A stretch of DNA of 64,000 nt from Tetramitus jugosus (GCA_937625935.1 OW569349.1:496001-560000); one strand, 5' to 3'; positions 1 through 12,300 are shown, counted from the stretch's first letter. Notes: a model not told the origin generated them from the letters alone. Numbers and translations: made by a program.

Positions 1-1510
1 TCTTTGGTGTTTTCGATGGTCATGCAGGTATGTGATCTAAACTGCTGCTGCTGAAAAGACAAAAGAAAAGCTTTTCAGTGGTTTTTTTTTCGTAGTGCAA
101 TTTTTTTTCTCGTTTCTTGTTTGTTGAGCTTATTGGTTTTTTCAATCAAGCACTCTCCATGATGATTTTGTCCATTTGATCACTCACCAACCACTATTTG
201 ATCCAATCATGAACATGATAATGACTCTTATTCTTGCTACACATTATCTAGGTGCCATGGCAAGTGAATACTGCTCAAAGCATTTGCTCCCATGCGTTGT
301 ACAGTGTGAAGAAGAGCGTTTGGCTCAATTGCCTGACGACTGTGAAGACTCATTGAAGCGTGTCTGGGGATCCGATGACCTGTTCACCACAGCCTACCTC
401 AAGTGTGATGCTGACTTGAGACAGTATCACTTGGATTGCAATGTTCAGCCAGAGTTGGGCGCTGGCACAACAAGCATTGCTGTGTATTGTAGATTGCCTG
501 TTGACAAAACCAAACCTCATGAGATTGTCTGTACAAATGTCGGTGATTCAAGAGCAATTTTGTTTGATGGTGCAACGAATACTACGGTTGCTATGAGCAA
601 GGATCAAAAACCATCCAACGACAAGGAGAGAACAAGAATTGAAGCTGCTGGTAAGATGGTGAGCATGGGTAGAGTCATGGGCAACTTGGCTGTTGCTAGA
701 GCTTTTGGAGACTTTAGATACAAGAACAGTCCTGATGTTCCAGAGATACAACAGGCTGTGTGTGTCGAACCAGAGATTAAGAGATATGAGTTTACACCTG
801 CTACTACCTTGACCAATGGGCAATATCAGTTTGTTGTGTTAGCGTAAGTAATATTACTGTTGCTTGTGTTTCTGCGATTGCATGAATGTTTGACAGACAC
901 ATCAATGCCTAACTCTCTATCTCTGTTTCTGTTATTCTCTCTGTTTTCTCTTCAATGATGATTGTATTTTAGTTGTGATGGATTGTGGGACAAGATGTCT
1001 AACCCTGAAGTCTCCGACTATATTCGTCAACACTTGGCCGAGTATCAAATCTTTAATGAAGAGTATGCATTGACACAGACACAAATGGAACCAGTGCAAA
1101 GAACCTGGATGCACAAGCAAGTGTCCACATGGACCAGTGATGACATTGCTTCCTTCCTCGAGTCTATACCCTCCAAGTTCAAGAGATACTTTAGACTGAT
1201 CAACAATGGAAGAGATTTGGTCAATTATGTAACCAATGATGCTGTATGGGAATCTCTCATGCAAACCAAGGAAGGAATTGTCAATCCTCATGACTTTACC
1301 GAAGCTATCGGTCAAGAGTTTAGAGACATTGTCTTGAAAACCATTGAAGACAACAATGCCAAGCTAACGGCAGATGTTCAAATCAAGAGCACTACTGCTA
1401 AGCTTGCATTCCTCACTGAGAAACTGATTGACTTTGTTGTGTTCAAGAAGAGAAGTGAGGACAATGTCTCCGTCACGATCATTCTTCTGAAACCGACAAG
1501 TGAAAACTAA
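1..1510 (+). CDS. Protein phosphatase 2C (PPM family), 5'-partial; exons <1-27, 252-843, 973-1510
   Basis: Motifs FGVFDGHAG, NVGDSRA, LAVARAFGD, LACDGLWD and EDNVS. Two GT-AG introns (28-251, 844-972) join them in frame. Confidence 0.93.
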
Positions 1511-1711
1511 AGAGACCTCCCAACGGCCCACCCATCTCTCACTCAAAAAAGCATACGTGCGTACATCTCTCGTGTTGTATTCACTCAACAATATTCGCAT
1601 CAATAAACCTCAAATATTTCAAACAGCTTCAACAAGGCAAAATAATCAGCAAAATTTTCCACACAACAAAAAACAGCATCAATCAACAATCCATTCATTC
1701 ATCACAGAGAT

Positions 1712-3109
1712 ATGCACAAACTCCTATTGACAACTGTTGCGCCAAGAACACGCATGAACATGTCTTGCACTCACAATTGCATGATGATTCATCAAGTCAG
1801 AAGTGTCATCTCCTCCAAACACCCCTTTCAAAACCCTCATCACCCCAACAACAACAACAACAAAAAGAGGCACAATCATGCACAGCAAACACACCCAACA
1901 TCATCACCCCATGAAAAACATGAGGATCCATTGGACCAAGAGCTAAAGCAACTCATGGACGAACACATTGCACAGGAAGTGAAGGAAACGGAGCTTAAAA
2001 TGAAGCTCATGGAACGAGATGCCATCCACAATGCATTCCAGAACGAGTTTAGAGCAATTGAGACCAAAATATGGGCCAAAGTTCGTCAGAGCAAGACTCC
2101 ACTGCGAGAAAACACGATTCAATACGTGCGACAACAGATTGAACAACGAAGAATTGCACTCGAACAAAAGTATAGACAGATTGGACGGTTGGTCGGAAAG
2201 GAAGTGAGAGACTATGCGGCTCACTCACTAGAAAAGCATCAGCAGAAACAGAGACTACATGATGATGGTAGTAGTCAAATGAATGGAGGAGCAGAAGCTC
2301 CACACAGAAGATCCACAATGATGATGCCACCGAGTCCATTGGAAGACTTGTCCTCTTTTGAGCACATTTCCAAGATGGCAGAACACGAGAGTGATGAAGA
2401 TAAGAAGAAGGCATATGATCACATTATGAGCTTCATGAACAAGGAGGACAATTTTGTCAATGACCCGTTCTTTTTAGGATTGAGCAGTGCGTTCGAGAGA
2501 GCAACAGGAGAAAAGATTGACGTCAATGATATGAAACAGAGAGTGACAGAGTCTGATTTGGACAAGTTTTTCAAGATGTTGGAAGGCAAGGAAGGCAGAG
2601 AAATGGAAGAACGAATGAATTCGGTGCTCACTGATAAGACATTGAAGAATTTGGGAATTGATCCGTCAGAGTTCAATCCAGATGCACTCTCCAAAGCAAA
2701 GGTCAACACTGAGAGGAACAGTACCTCCACTAGTGATGGTGCGTCATCCAATCAAGGTAGCAGCACAACGAATGCCTCTGCACAGCTACAACAACAACAA
2801 CAAGATGTTGACAACTTTAACTTTAACAGTGACAGAATAGAGGATATCAAGTACATGATGAAGAAGGAACTGGAAAGGAACCCTGGTTTGAGTAAGATGT
2901 TGGAATCAGAGACTGGCTCGAACATGGAAGCTGTATTCGATGAATTTGAAGACGCATTGAAGAATGGTCAACTTTTCCAGAGCATGTCCAACGCAGATCG
3001 TATCATGCTTGCCAACGCTCTCGACTTTAACGAAATGCGGGCATCAATGGACGATGAAGAAGTGGCATCTGAAATCGAGAAGGACAAGAAGCAGAAAAAG
3101 AAGAAATAA
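1712..3109 (+). CDS. Hypothetical helical/coiled-coil protein, possibly mitochondrion-targeted
   Basis: 465-aa ORF; N-terminus lacks acidic residues; AATAAA overlaps the stop; no family recognised. Confidence 0.75.
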   Translation: MHKLLLTTVAPRTRMNMSCTHNCMMIHQVRSVISSKHPFQNPHHPNNNNNKKRHNHAQQTHPTSSPHEKHEDPLDQELKQLMDEHIAQEVKETELKMKLMERDAIHNAFQNEFRAIETKIWAKVRQSKTPLRENTIQYVRQQIEQRRIALEQKYRQIGRLVGKEVRDYAAHSLEKHQQKQRLHDDGSSQMNGGAEAPHRRSTMMMPPSPLEDLSSFEHISKMAEHESDEDKKKAYDHIMSFMNKEDNFVNDPFFLGLSSAFERATGEKIDVNDMKQRVTESDLDKFFKMLEGKEGREMEERMNSVLTDKTLKNLGIDPSEFNPDALSKAKVNTERNSTSTSDGASSNQGSSTTNASAQLQQQQQDVDNFNFNSDRIEDIKYMMKKELERNPGLSKMLESETGSNMEAVFDEFEDALKNGQLFQSMSNADRIMLANALDFNEMRASMDDEEVASEIEKDKKQKKKK

Positions 3110-3203
3110 AGCATTTTCTACACCTCTTTTTGACCGTTGTTAGACATTATCTCATGTATGTTCATTTTTGGAATAATGATCCATTTGTAAAGTTTTTGTC
3201 AGT

Positions 3204-4576
3204 TTATTTGTAAACAAAAACTTTTTCGAGCGACAGGGCGGTTGCCTGACATTCAAAACGAGGAAGCAGAGGCAATATGTGAACAGCTTCACTCTGTGAA
3301 GGAGGACAGTTCAACAATGGAGCCAAGTGATATGCCTTCTCTTCATTGGACTCATGATGATAAGCCTCACTGCTACTACCGATGTGCACAGTTGAATCAT
3401 ATGGACTGGGAGGATTGGCAAGACGACTAGGACTGCCATCTCTCCTATCAGCTGAAATGGCGGAACCATGCATCGAATATGGCTGTTGCTGTGAAGACAA
3501 TGGATAATTGTTGCTATCACTCCCACTGTGGTGATAAAAGGATGTCGATGATGACGACGAAGATGATGGAGTAGGAGGTGGATAATAACCTCCATTATTC
3601 ATCACTGGAACGGAAGAGAAAGATGGTGATGTGTTGACAGCAACATTTGACTCTTGAATCCGTTGTGAATAAGAAGAAGAAGAAGAAGTGTTAGAGGAGT
3701 GAGGATGATGATGATGCTGTTGTTGATGGTAGTGGTGGTGATGATGTGGAGGTGGAGAGTGTTGCTGTTGAGCAAACTGTTGTTGTTGTTGTTGGTGGTG
3801 GGGTTGGTTAAAGGACGAGGATAACGTCTGACCTCCGTGACCTGTAGCTGAGGAGGGAGATGTCGAAGCTGCTGTAGTCGGAGGAGCGCCGCCAAAAACA
3901 GTTTTTTTGTTGGTTGGCGCCGAGTCGCAGCACAGATGACCAATTCCAAGGTCGACGCACGTCTTACATGGTCGTTCTTCGCTGCACTTCTTATGGCTGG
4001 AGCGGCAATTCGTACATGCTACACCCTAAAAGCATAAAGCGGAGAAATGAAATAGGAAAGCGTGTCAGAAGCTCCGCGGAACAAGACCAAAAATTGAAAA
4101 AATCACGGAAGATTTCGATCAAAGTAGGTATTCGGTGAAATTGAGCCCCTTTTCAAAATATCTTGGTGCGTGAGGTGTTGAACAGTGAATAATGATGTTC
4201 TGCTACTTACAATTCTCTTTTTTTTCTGATTGACTCCTTGATGGTGTTGAAACTGATGTTGTTGTGTCGTTTGTTGTGGTGACAACTGCACTTGTGGAGG
4301 TGGACTGTATTCTCGATAGCTCTGTGCTGGTTGTTGAGAGCTGTTGTAGTGATTGGCTTGTTGTTGTTGTTGTTGAGGATGGTGATGATGGTGATACTGT
4401 GTAGTGGTTGTCGTTTGACTGCTCTCTATGGTGTAGTGAGGTGGTGGTTGTTGCTGTTGCTGCTGCTGTTGAGAAGAAGGTGATGCATAAGCTGCTGCAT
4501 TGCCATTTGATTGCACAGGTTGAGTGATGGTGGGATGATGAGGGTGGTGTTGATAATGTGAAGGATAGTGACTCAT
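3204..4576 (-). CDS. Zn(II)2Cys6 binuclear-cluster transcription factor; exons 4576-4211, 4025-3204
   Basis: Intron 4210-4026 (GTAAGT..TTAG, phase 0) joins KKKRI to GVACTNCRSSHKKCSEERPCKTCVDLGIGHLC (C-x2-C-x6-C-x5-C-x2-C-x8-C). The frame continues into ORF 3204-3605. The ORF track misses this join. Confidence 0.88.
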
Positions 4577-5214
4577 GGTGTTTTGTGGTCTCAAGATCAT
4601 GGGTTTTGATAGTTGTACAGAGGTGACTGTGACACAGTATGAATGTGCTAGTTGTAAATTGAAAAAAATTACTGCTTGGAGAACGTGTCTTGTGAGTGAC
4701 AATCTTTTCTTCAAAATTTGTTGTTTTTAGGTTAAAAAAATTAAAAGAGATAGGTGGGAGATGGACTGCACAATCACTGACTGTCACGCGCAAGTTGTTG
4801 TTGTTTCTTTTCCTTTGGACGGTGCACGCAACAACCGCACGTGGCTTTGAACAGTACACGATGCACTCTTCCTCATAGGGTGTATCGGGTTCGAAAGTTA
4901 CCCGTCGCTGCGTTCAAAAAATCTTAAGGGGGTTTTGAACTTTTTTTGAGGGGGTTTTCTATAAGAATATCGCGAGAAACACAATTCAGGAGATTCTAGT
5001 TGCCAAAACAGTACATAACAGCTCAATTCACCGCCAACCTTCGAATTGTCATGTTCGAATTCGCGTTTTCGAGCGAGAACGGTAAACTTAGAAAAGAATT
5101 GATGTTACCCGACCCGAAAAAGCTTGCGTTTCAACTTTTAAAAAGGCAGCGGTTGATGATTCACGAGAGGAGCTGGTTGACACTTACATGCAAGGAGAAG
5201 ATTTTGTTTTATAT

Positions 5215-5622
5215 TTAAATTAATTTCCATGTCTTTGTCCGTTCTTTCTCCGGTAATATCAAGTTAGCGGCCGAGTGTTGGCCCTTCTCTTTGAGCTCGA
5301 TCGCCTGGAAATATAAATCGACCTCTCTATTACGTTGTCTCTTAATACTGTTCGGTTTGCTCATATTTTTGAGTGCGTCTTGGTCCGCTTCGACACACAA
5401 ACGAATGACTCTCTTTGTGAATTCTTCTCTTTCTTTTTGCCATTTTTCTTGCTTTGGTGTCAATGTTGGTTGTTCGTTTTCGCTAGTCACCCAATCAGAC
5501 AAATCGTGAAGTGGTCCATATTGATTACCAGATCTTCCAAGTAATCTACTCTTATAAATTGCTTGGCTGCCGCGTTGCATAGATTGCAGCTTGCATGATT
5601 TCATCAAAGATTGTCGCAACAT
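5215..5622 (-). CDS. MRPL52: Mitochondrial ribosomal protein mL52-like
   Basis: Presequence-like MLRQSLMKS followed by SGNQYGPLHDLSDW, matching the mL52 YGPLxDLPDW motif. Confidence 0.72.
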   Translation of the reverse strand: MLRQSLMKSCKLQSMQRGSQAIYKSRLLGRSGNQYGPLHDLSDWVTSENEQPTLTPKQEKWQKEREEFTKRVIRLCVEADQDALKNMSKPNSIKRQRNREVDLYFQAIELKEKGQHSAANLILPEKERTKTWKLI

Positions 5623-5863
5623 TTTTGAATGTGATATGAAATTGTTTGTTTGCGTGAAAATTTTACAACATTTTTCGTTGTAATTGGTTGACTTCATTTT
5701 TGCCGACATGATTTATCCCGATGATACTGATGCGGGTATGCTGATGACCATGGCGAGCAAAAAACTGTCCTTCGCTGAGACTGGCGCCAACATCAACACA
5801 CCCTTCAACAATAACAACTTTGCGCAAACAAACGAAAGATCATCGATTGAAATTTTAAAAAAA

Positions 5864-6589
5864 ATGGCTGGAGGACACGAATTAACCACAAAGGTCGGCA
5901 AGGAATTTATTCCACTCATCATGAAGAGACGATTCAAGGATGCTTTGAAGGCAGTTCCAAAGCAAAATCAAGCTGCTTTCATTGAGCACTTTACCAAGTG
6001 GAAGCACGACAATGTTGCTTCTCCTGATGCCGTTGTTAATGAGACCTTTATCGCAACCAAGTACAACTCTATTCCAATGGAACCACCAAAGCCTTTGGGA
6101 ATGGCTGGATTTTTGACTTTCCCAAAGAACTCTGTCACTTTCCGTACCGAACAAATGATTCATCTTGAGAAGGTTCAACAACAAAACTGGGCATGGATGG
6201 AGAGAGATCACGTGAACCCATACGAACAAAACAAATACTACAAGGCCAGCAGACCAATGAATGAGATCTTGATGTATGCTGTTCTCTTCCTAGTGCCATT
6301 CTTTGTCATCACCTCTGTCTTCAACAAGACTGACTTCTACAAGAAGAACTTTGAGGGTGGTATCTTTGATCAAAGACGTGCTCCATATCAAAAGAAGCCA
6401 TGGGACTCTTTGGTTCAAAACGAAGCCGGTGAATGGGTTCAAAAGGTATGTGTCACTTGAGATTGAAAGCTATTTTTTTGCAAACATTTTCTTTTGTTGT
6501 GGTCACATGTTCTAATAACTAAATTCTCCTTTTTTTTCCCTTCATCTATATGAACTGCATATCCGTTTTGTATGACTGTACTACAGTAA
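5864..6589 (+). CDS. Single-TM protein, possibly a respiratory-chain accessory subunit (weak NDUFB8-like C-terminus); exons 5864-6445, 6587-6589
   Basis: ATG in AAAATGGC context; one TM segment ILMYAVLFLVPFFVITSVF; GTATGT donor at 6446 and TACAG acceptor at 6586 directly followed by TAA. Family call is weak. Confidence 0.6.
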
Positions 6590-6863
6590 AGTAAATATTG
6601 AATCTAATCATAATATAGATGCGAAAGTATTTTCTATCGATATTGACAATGGTGCATGCATGTCTAATGGACAACCAAGTCCTTGGTGTGCCTCATTGGC
6701 CGTTATCAACATCAACAACAACCAAAATCACATCAACAACCAATTATGTGTGGGACAGTAAAACGCAACGAGCAAATTCTTGAATGTACACAATCATATG
6801 AGCCATCGAGAGGTATTATTTTTTATCAGTCAAAGGAAATGATTGTTCCTGGGACGGTCAGTT

Positions 6864-7790
6864 TTATTTTATTCGGCGCTTCTTGGAAGCGAGAGCTTCC
6901 TTTTGCTCTTCGGTCAAGAAGGAACGATTTCTGACCTTTTCTGCATCTTGGTCTCTGAGCTGCTTCAGCTTCTCCATGTGTTCCATCATGGCAGCAGACA
7001 TGTTTGATTGTTGAACTCTTTTTTCCTTTCCGACTGCAGTAGTAATTAGGAACGATCTCTCCACTGCTTTACTCTTCTTCTCGGTCGATTCATCGTCATC
7101 TGAATCGCTGCGTTCTCGTTGCTTCCTCTTCTTCGTTTCCTTGTCACCCTTGCTGCTCTTCTTCTTGTTCTTTTTACTTTCTTTATCGTCTTTCGATTTG
7201 CTGCTCCTTTTACTCTTCTTCTCCTTCTTGCTCTTCTTACTCTTCTTCTTTTTGCTTACTTCTTCCTCATCACTGCTTGTGCTATCATCGTCGTTGGAAG
7301 CGGATTTCACTGGCTTTGCTTTTTGAAGCAACAGTTCATAGGAATCTTGAATTTTTGCATGCAAGTTATCTTCAATTTCCTGTGTGCCCAATCCCTTGGT
7401 ATCACTCTTCTTGATCACATCAACATATGTTGAACTTCCTGTTTGATTCTTTCCCAATCCCTCACCACTAATGTTTGCACAACATACAGCATCAACAACC
7501 GGAAAACAAAGAGAGACAATGCATTGTCAGTACAATGACACACAATAATTGCAAAAGATTGAATGAAGATCAACAATAATGACTCTCGGGTGAGAGATGA
7601 TCTTCACTTTCAAAACTCCAATCGGATACCGAGTCGACACTTACACTTTAAAACCAAATTTTTGAAGTTGTCTCAGACCGAAACCACTGAGTGTCGAGAA
7701 TTCTGTCGTATAATGCGCTTGAATGCTCGATTTTAAGTTCTCGTCCGACGTCGTAGACGGTTGTTGTTCATTGGATGCAGTCGTTGTCAT
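6864..7790 (-). CDS. G-patch domain protein with K/E/S-rich tail (GPATCH4/PinX1-like); exons 7790-7645, 7467-6864
   Basis: Intron 7644-7468 yields the G-patch GFGLRQLQKFGFKVGEGLGKNQTG...KGLG; lysine-rich nucleolar-type tail. Confidence 0.85.
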
Positions 7791-8007
7791 TGTTCTCGTT
7801 TTGACTAAAGTAATCTCTGTGTGGTGTTGCGTTGCTGAGCGTTCGAATGTGAAAATTCAACCTTCAAAAAAAAAGCTTCAACCTGGAGTCGGTGAACCGA
7901 CTCACCGGGCTATTTCGAGTTTTCTCAAAAGCCGAAATTTGGGGGCGAAAAAACACCAACACAGAATCAATCATCAGTTGTAGTATATTACATTTAGATA
8001 CAGGATA

Positions 8008-9162
8008 ATGATGATGTTGGATCACAACAACAATAACAAGGACACTCCACCTGCATCCCCCATTTCTGCCTCTTTAGCTACATCAACATCATCGTCCAGT
8101 GTTTCTATTCGAATCAATAACAACAGTAACAACAATGAACAAGCTTCTTCATTGACCAACAAGCAAAGTGGTGGTGGTGGTGGTGGTGGTGGTGAATCGT
8201 TGATTGACTCTGCTTCCGATTTATTGAATGTGATGGTTCATAAAGCAATAACAAGTGTCAAAGTGCTGCCCATTTTTGTCAAGGCATACCTCGTTGCTAC
8301 GATTGTCATTCATTTGTTGCAGTACATTCCTCTGTTTCACACTTTTGCAAAAGATTACCTCTTGTATCAACCAGCACTCTTGTTCACAAATTATAGACTG
8401 TATACACCTGTGACGAGCATGTTGTTGAACTCCAATATTGCCATGTTGTTGATTAATAGCTGTGGAATTGTGTTTGCGTTCTCGTTTACGGCGCAAAACA
8501 ATTTTTTGAGTGATTCGAAACTGATTTCTTTTTTGATGTGGAATGCGTTGTTTGGTGCCATAGGAGCAACCATATCATGGTCATTGGCATGGCACCTGAC
8601 TATGAACGAAAATTTATTGACAGCGAGTTTCCCTGGAGCTACATCACTGTTGAATGCCATGAATTTGTTGTTGGCTCACTTTAGTCCCGAAAGTCCATTG
8701 CCTATTCACAGAAAATTGAGAATCAGACACTTACCTGGTCTCTATTTATTGTTCCTGGTGCCATTTACCTTCCTTTTCGTTTCATGGGAGGATTCTGTGC
8801 TATGTTTCACTGGTTTAATCGGTGGCTGGGTTGTAATTCGGTTCATTTGGCAAGAGAAGCGTGAGCAGTGGCGATTTACGCAAGTGTTTGTGCCTGAACA
8901 GTTACGGTCCTTGTTTGGATCGAGGTCAATTGCATTGGACTTGGATTTTGACCTGGATTCGCAGTCTGTACAACTTGCTAATCATGGTGGTGCGAATGCT
9001 CAGTCCAAGTCTGCCCCCACATCACCACCAGCTGTGACAGTCATTCCAACGCATGTGTCTAACAAGAGGCTCATTGGAGAGCAAGCACTGATGGAAAAAT
9101 TGAGAAGAAAGGAGTCTGAACAAAAGCAATCCAAAGGCACAACTGCCGAAAATCGAGAGTGA
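8008..9162 (+). CDS. TMEM115: TMEM115-like rhomboid-superfamily membrane protein
   Basis: About six hydrophobic helices, IGGWVVIRF and a C-terminal KRLIGEQALMEKL helix similar to TMEM115. Confidence 0.65.
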   Translation: MMMLDHNNNNKDTPPASPISASLATSTSSSSVSIRINNNSNNNEQASSLTNKQSGGGGGGGGESLIDSASDLLNVMVHKAITSVKVLPIFVKAYLVATIVIHLLQYIPLFHTFAKDYLLYQPALLFTNYRLYTPVTSMLLNSNIAMLLINSCGIVFAFSFTAQNNFLSDSKLISFLMWNALFGAIGATISWSLAWHLTMNENLLTASFPGATSLLNAMNLLLAHFSPESPLPIHRKLRIRHLPGLYLLFLVPFTFLFVSWEDSVLCFTGLIGGWVVIRFIWQEKREQWRFTQVFVPEQLRSLFGSRSIALDLDFDLDSQSVQLANHGGANAQSKSAPTSPPAVTVIPTHVSNKRLIGEQALMEKLRRKESEQKQSKGTTAENRE

Positions 9163-9356
9163 TACAAAGAGTTTTGTATTTTGATGTTATCAAAACTCCG
9201 ATTTTTTTTTGTAAAGTTATTCATTGAACATTCAGTCGGAGCTGATGATCTTTTTCGCGAAACAAATAAAAGCTGATTCCAGCAAAAAAAACGGAACCAC
9301 TTCTCACACAAAACCAACCAAAAAAACCAACTCACAACTACATCAGAGATCCAACC

Positions 9357-12300
9357 ATGCCAAAGAGACGTAACCAAGAAGAAGAAGAAGAGGAGGAGGA
9401 AGATGATCAATATGATGACTTTGATGATGAAGAAGAAGAGGAGGACGAGGGACGACCAACAAAACGAAGAAAGGCCAGTTCCCTTGTCGATGTAGAGGCT
9501 GGTGTATCAGACAATGAAGATGAAGACGACTTTGAAGACGCTGAAGATGGTTTTATTGATCATACTGAAGATATTGCGTCGTCAGCGAGAGGTGCACCAC
9601 GTGGAACATCATCAATGGACATGGATATGAGAATGAGTGGTGGTAGAGAAAAGAGAGGCGCAGATTATTTGAACAGTTTGGAGAACAAGTATGCGAATGC
9701 AGATGAGAATGAAGATGATTATGCAGAAGTGGACGACTATGATGACGAAGGGTTGGACACTCTTGATGCAGGAGATGGAAGAGCAAGAAACAAAATTGGT
9801 GGAACGTTTGGTGCAAAAGATGGTGCCCTTCCAACAATCAATGATCCAAAGCTTTTCTTGGTCAAGTGCAGACAAGGAAAGGAAAAGTATGCTGTTGCTA
9901 CTCTGTTACAAAAGTTTTTGAATCTGTCCAATGATAGAGATAAGGACAAGAGACTTCAGATTGTGAGTGCTCTCTGTGTCGATGGATTCAAGGGGCACAT
10001 TTATGTTGAAGCTTTCCGTGAGGCTCACGTGAAGCATGCGATTCAAGGTTTGAACGACGTGATATATCAGAGCGGTATCAAGTTGGTTCCGTTGGGAGAA
10101 ACTGCTGATGTTTTGACTACGGGAAAGAAGGCCATTGATATTAAGAAGGGAGAATGGGTGCGTGTGAAGCGTGGCCTATACAAGGGAGATTTGGCTCAGG
10201 TGTGGGATGTGGATGAGGCAAGAGGTGCCGTTTCCATCAAGATTGTTCCTCGTTTGAACTTGAATGGGCCGCAACCATCGGCCACTCAGATTCACAACAG
10301 ACCAAACCCACGACTATTCAACGAAGAAGAGTTTGATGATATCGTAACGAAGAGGGATCCAAGAACAAATATCAAGTTTTCTGTCTTCCAAGGCAAGAAG
10401 TACAAGGATGGACTCATGTTCAAATTGGTGAACATTAAGTCTCTTGATACAAAGGACATTCAACCAAAGATTGAAGAGTTGAAGCTCTTCCAAAGACCTG
10501 GTGTCGACGGAGATATTCAATTGAGCAGTTTGGCAGAGTCATTCAAAAAGACTACTGTCTTCAAGAAGGGAGACAGTATTATGGTGACTGAGGGTGAGAT
10601 GACTGGTTTGACAGGTATCGTACATGCTGTGAACGGCGATTTGGTCACCTTCTTCCCAAAAGATAAGGCATACAATGGTCTGCCGTTAGAAGCTACAACC
10701 GCTGAATTGCAAAAGTATTTCGAAGCAGGTTCATTCTGTCGTGTCACCTCAGGCAAATATGAGGGTGAAGTAGGTTATATTGTTGAGGCCGATGGAGACA
10801 CTGTCGTCATGTACTCTGACATGAAGAAGACTGAAATGAAGGTGTTTGTCTCTGATATACAATTGGCTTCTGCCACAGAGGACACCCAAACTAAGACTGG
10901 TATTTATAGTTTGCATGATATGATCAAGCTCGATAATAATACCATGGGTGTGATTGTCAAGATTGATAAGGATCAATTCAATGTCCTGGATAACAACGGT
11001 ACAGTGAGAACATTGAGACTTCAAGAGATGGGTCCAAAGAGAAACACGACCGAGTATAAGATGTCAGACAAGAACAATATTCAATTTGGTGTTGGTGCTA
11101 GTTTGAGAGTTGTAGATGGTGTATTCAAGGGACGTGAGGGTACAGCAAGACAATTGTTCAGAGCGTTTGTATTTATTCGTGCAAGAGATCTTCTCGAGAA
11201 CTCTGGTATCTTTGTCACTAGAGCTGACTATTGCGAAGTGAGAGGAAACAGATTGGCACAACAGAATATGCCAGCTGGCAATATGCCTGCTCCCAAGGCA
11301 GCACCACCTCGTGGAGTTGGTCGAGGTGTTATGTTCAGAGGAAGGTCTACTCATCCTTTGATGGATAAGACTGTCCGTATCAAGATTGGTCCATTTAAGG
11401 GCTATATTGGTATTGTGAAGGATGTTATGGACGATAGCGCACGTGTCGAATTGCACAGTCGTATGAAGACGATCAATATTAAGATTGTCAATCTGAAGGA
11501 GGAGGGAGCAGAGAACCCAGCACCGATCCAAAATAATTACAACAATAATTATGACAATTATGGACCTCGATCCAATGTGAGAAGATTTGATGATGGCGGT
11601 AGAACACCTTTGCGTCCATCATTTGCTGAAACACCAAATCCAAACTACCCTGAAACTCCTCGTACACCAAGTCATGATCGTACTTGGCATCCAAATGCTC
11701 CCAACACTCCACGACACGATTGGGGCAGTGATTCAAGAGTGGTAGAAACACCTTCGGCCACGACGCCTTCTGTCATGACACCATACTCGTCTGGTGATCA
11801 AGGACAAAACTATCGCGCTCCAGTCACACCAGGCTATAACCCAATGTCCGGATCTCACGAAACACCAATGTCTAATCCAATCACCCCTGCAGTGTATTCT
11901 GATCACTACCGAACACCTGGCGCAAACTACAGTCATCCAACAACACCAGGTGCCTATCACAGTAACTACAATGTCATTACGCCTACTGCCAACTATAATC
12001 CTATTACACCAGGGGCAGGACATGTGTCCACTCCAGGTGGTGATATGTCACATAGTGTGCCTCGTACTCCAGGAAACGCTTATGCTACTCCTGGTGTCCA
12101 CTATAATCCTACGACTCCTGGTGTCAACTACAATCCAACCACTCCAGGCGTCAACTACAATCCAATTACTCCCGGAGTCCACTATAATCCAACCACTCCC
12201 GGTGTTAATTATCATCCTGCTACTCCAGGCTCTTCCTTGACTACTCCAGGTGTTGGCCATCACTATCCATATCAACCAACGACACCTTATGTAGCACCTG

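Noticed and set aside
155-251. TGATGA box C-like motif in PP2C intron 1; the RPL7A intron was also checked as a snoRNA host
   Set aside because: No downstream CTGA box D or terminal stem in either intron.
4885-4905. CGGGTTCGAA B-box/T-loop-like sequence with a short stem
   Set aside because: No cloverleaf, acceptor stem or A-box, so not a tRNA.
12087-12221. Regularly spaced repeat that could be mistaken for a CRISPR array
   Set aside because: It is an in-frame coding repeat with no unique spacers, in a eukaryotic gene.
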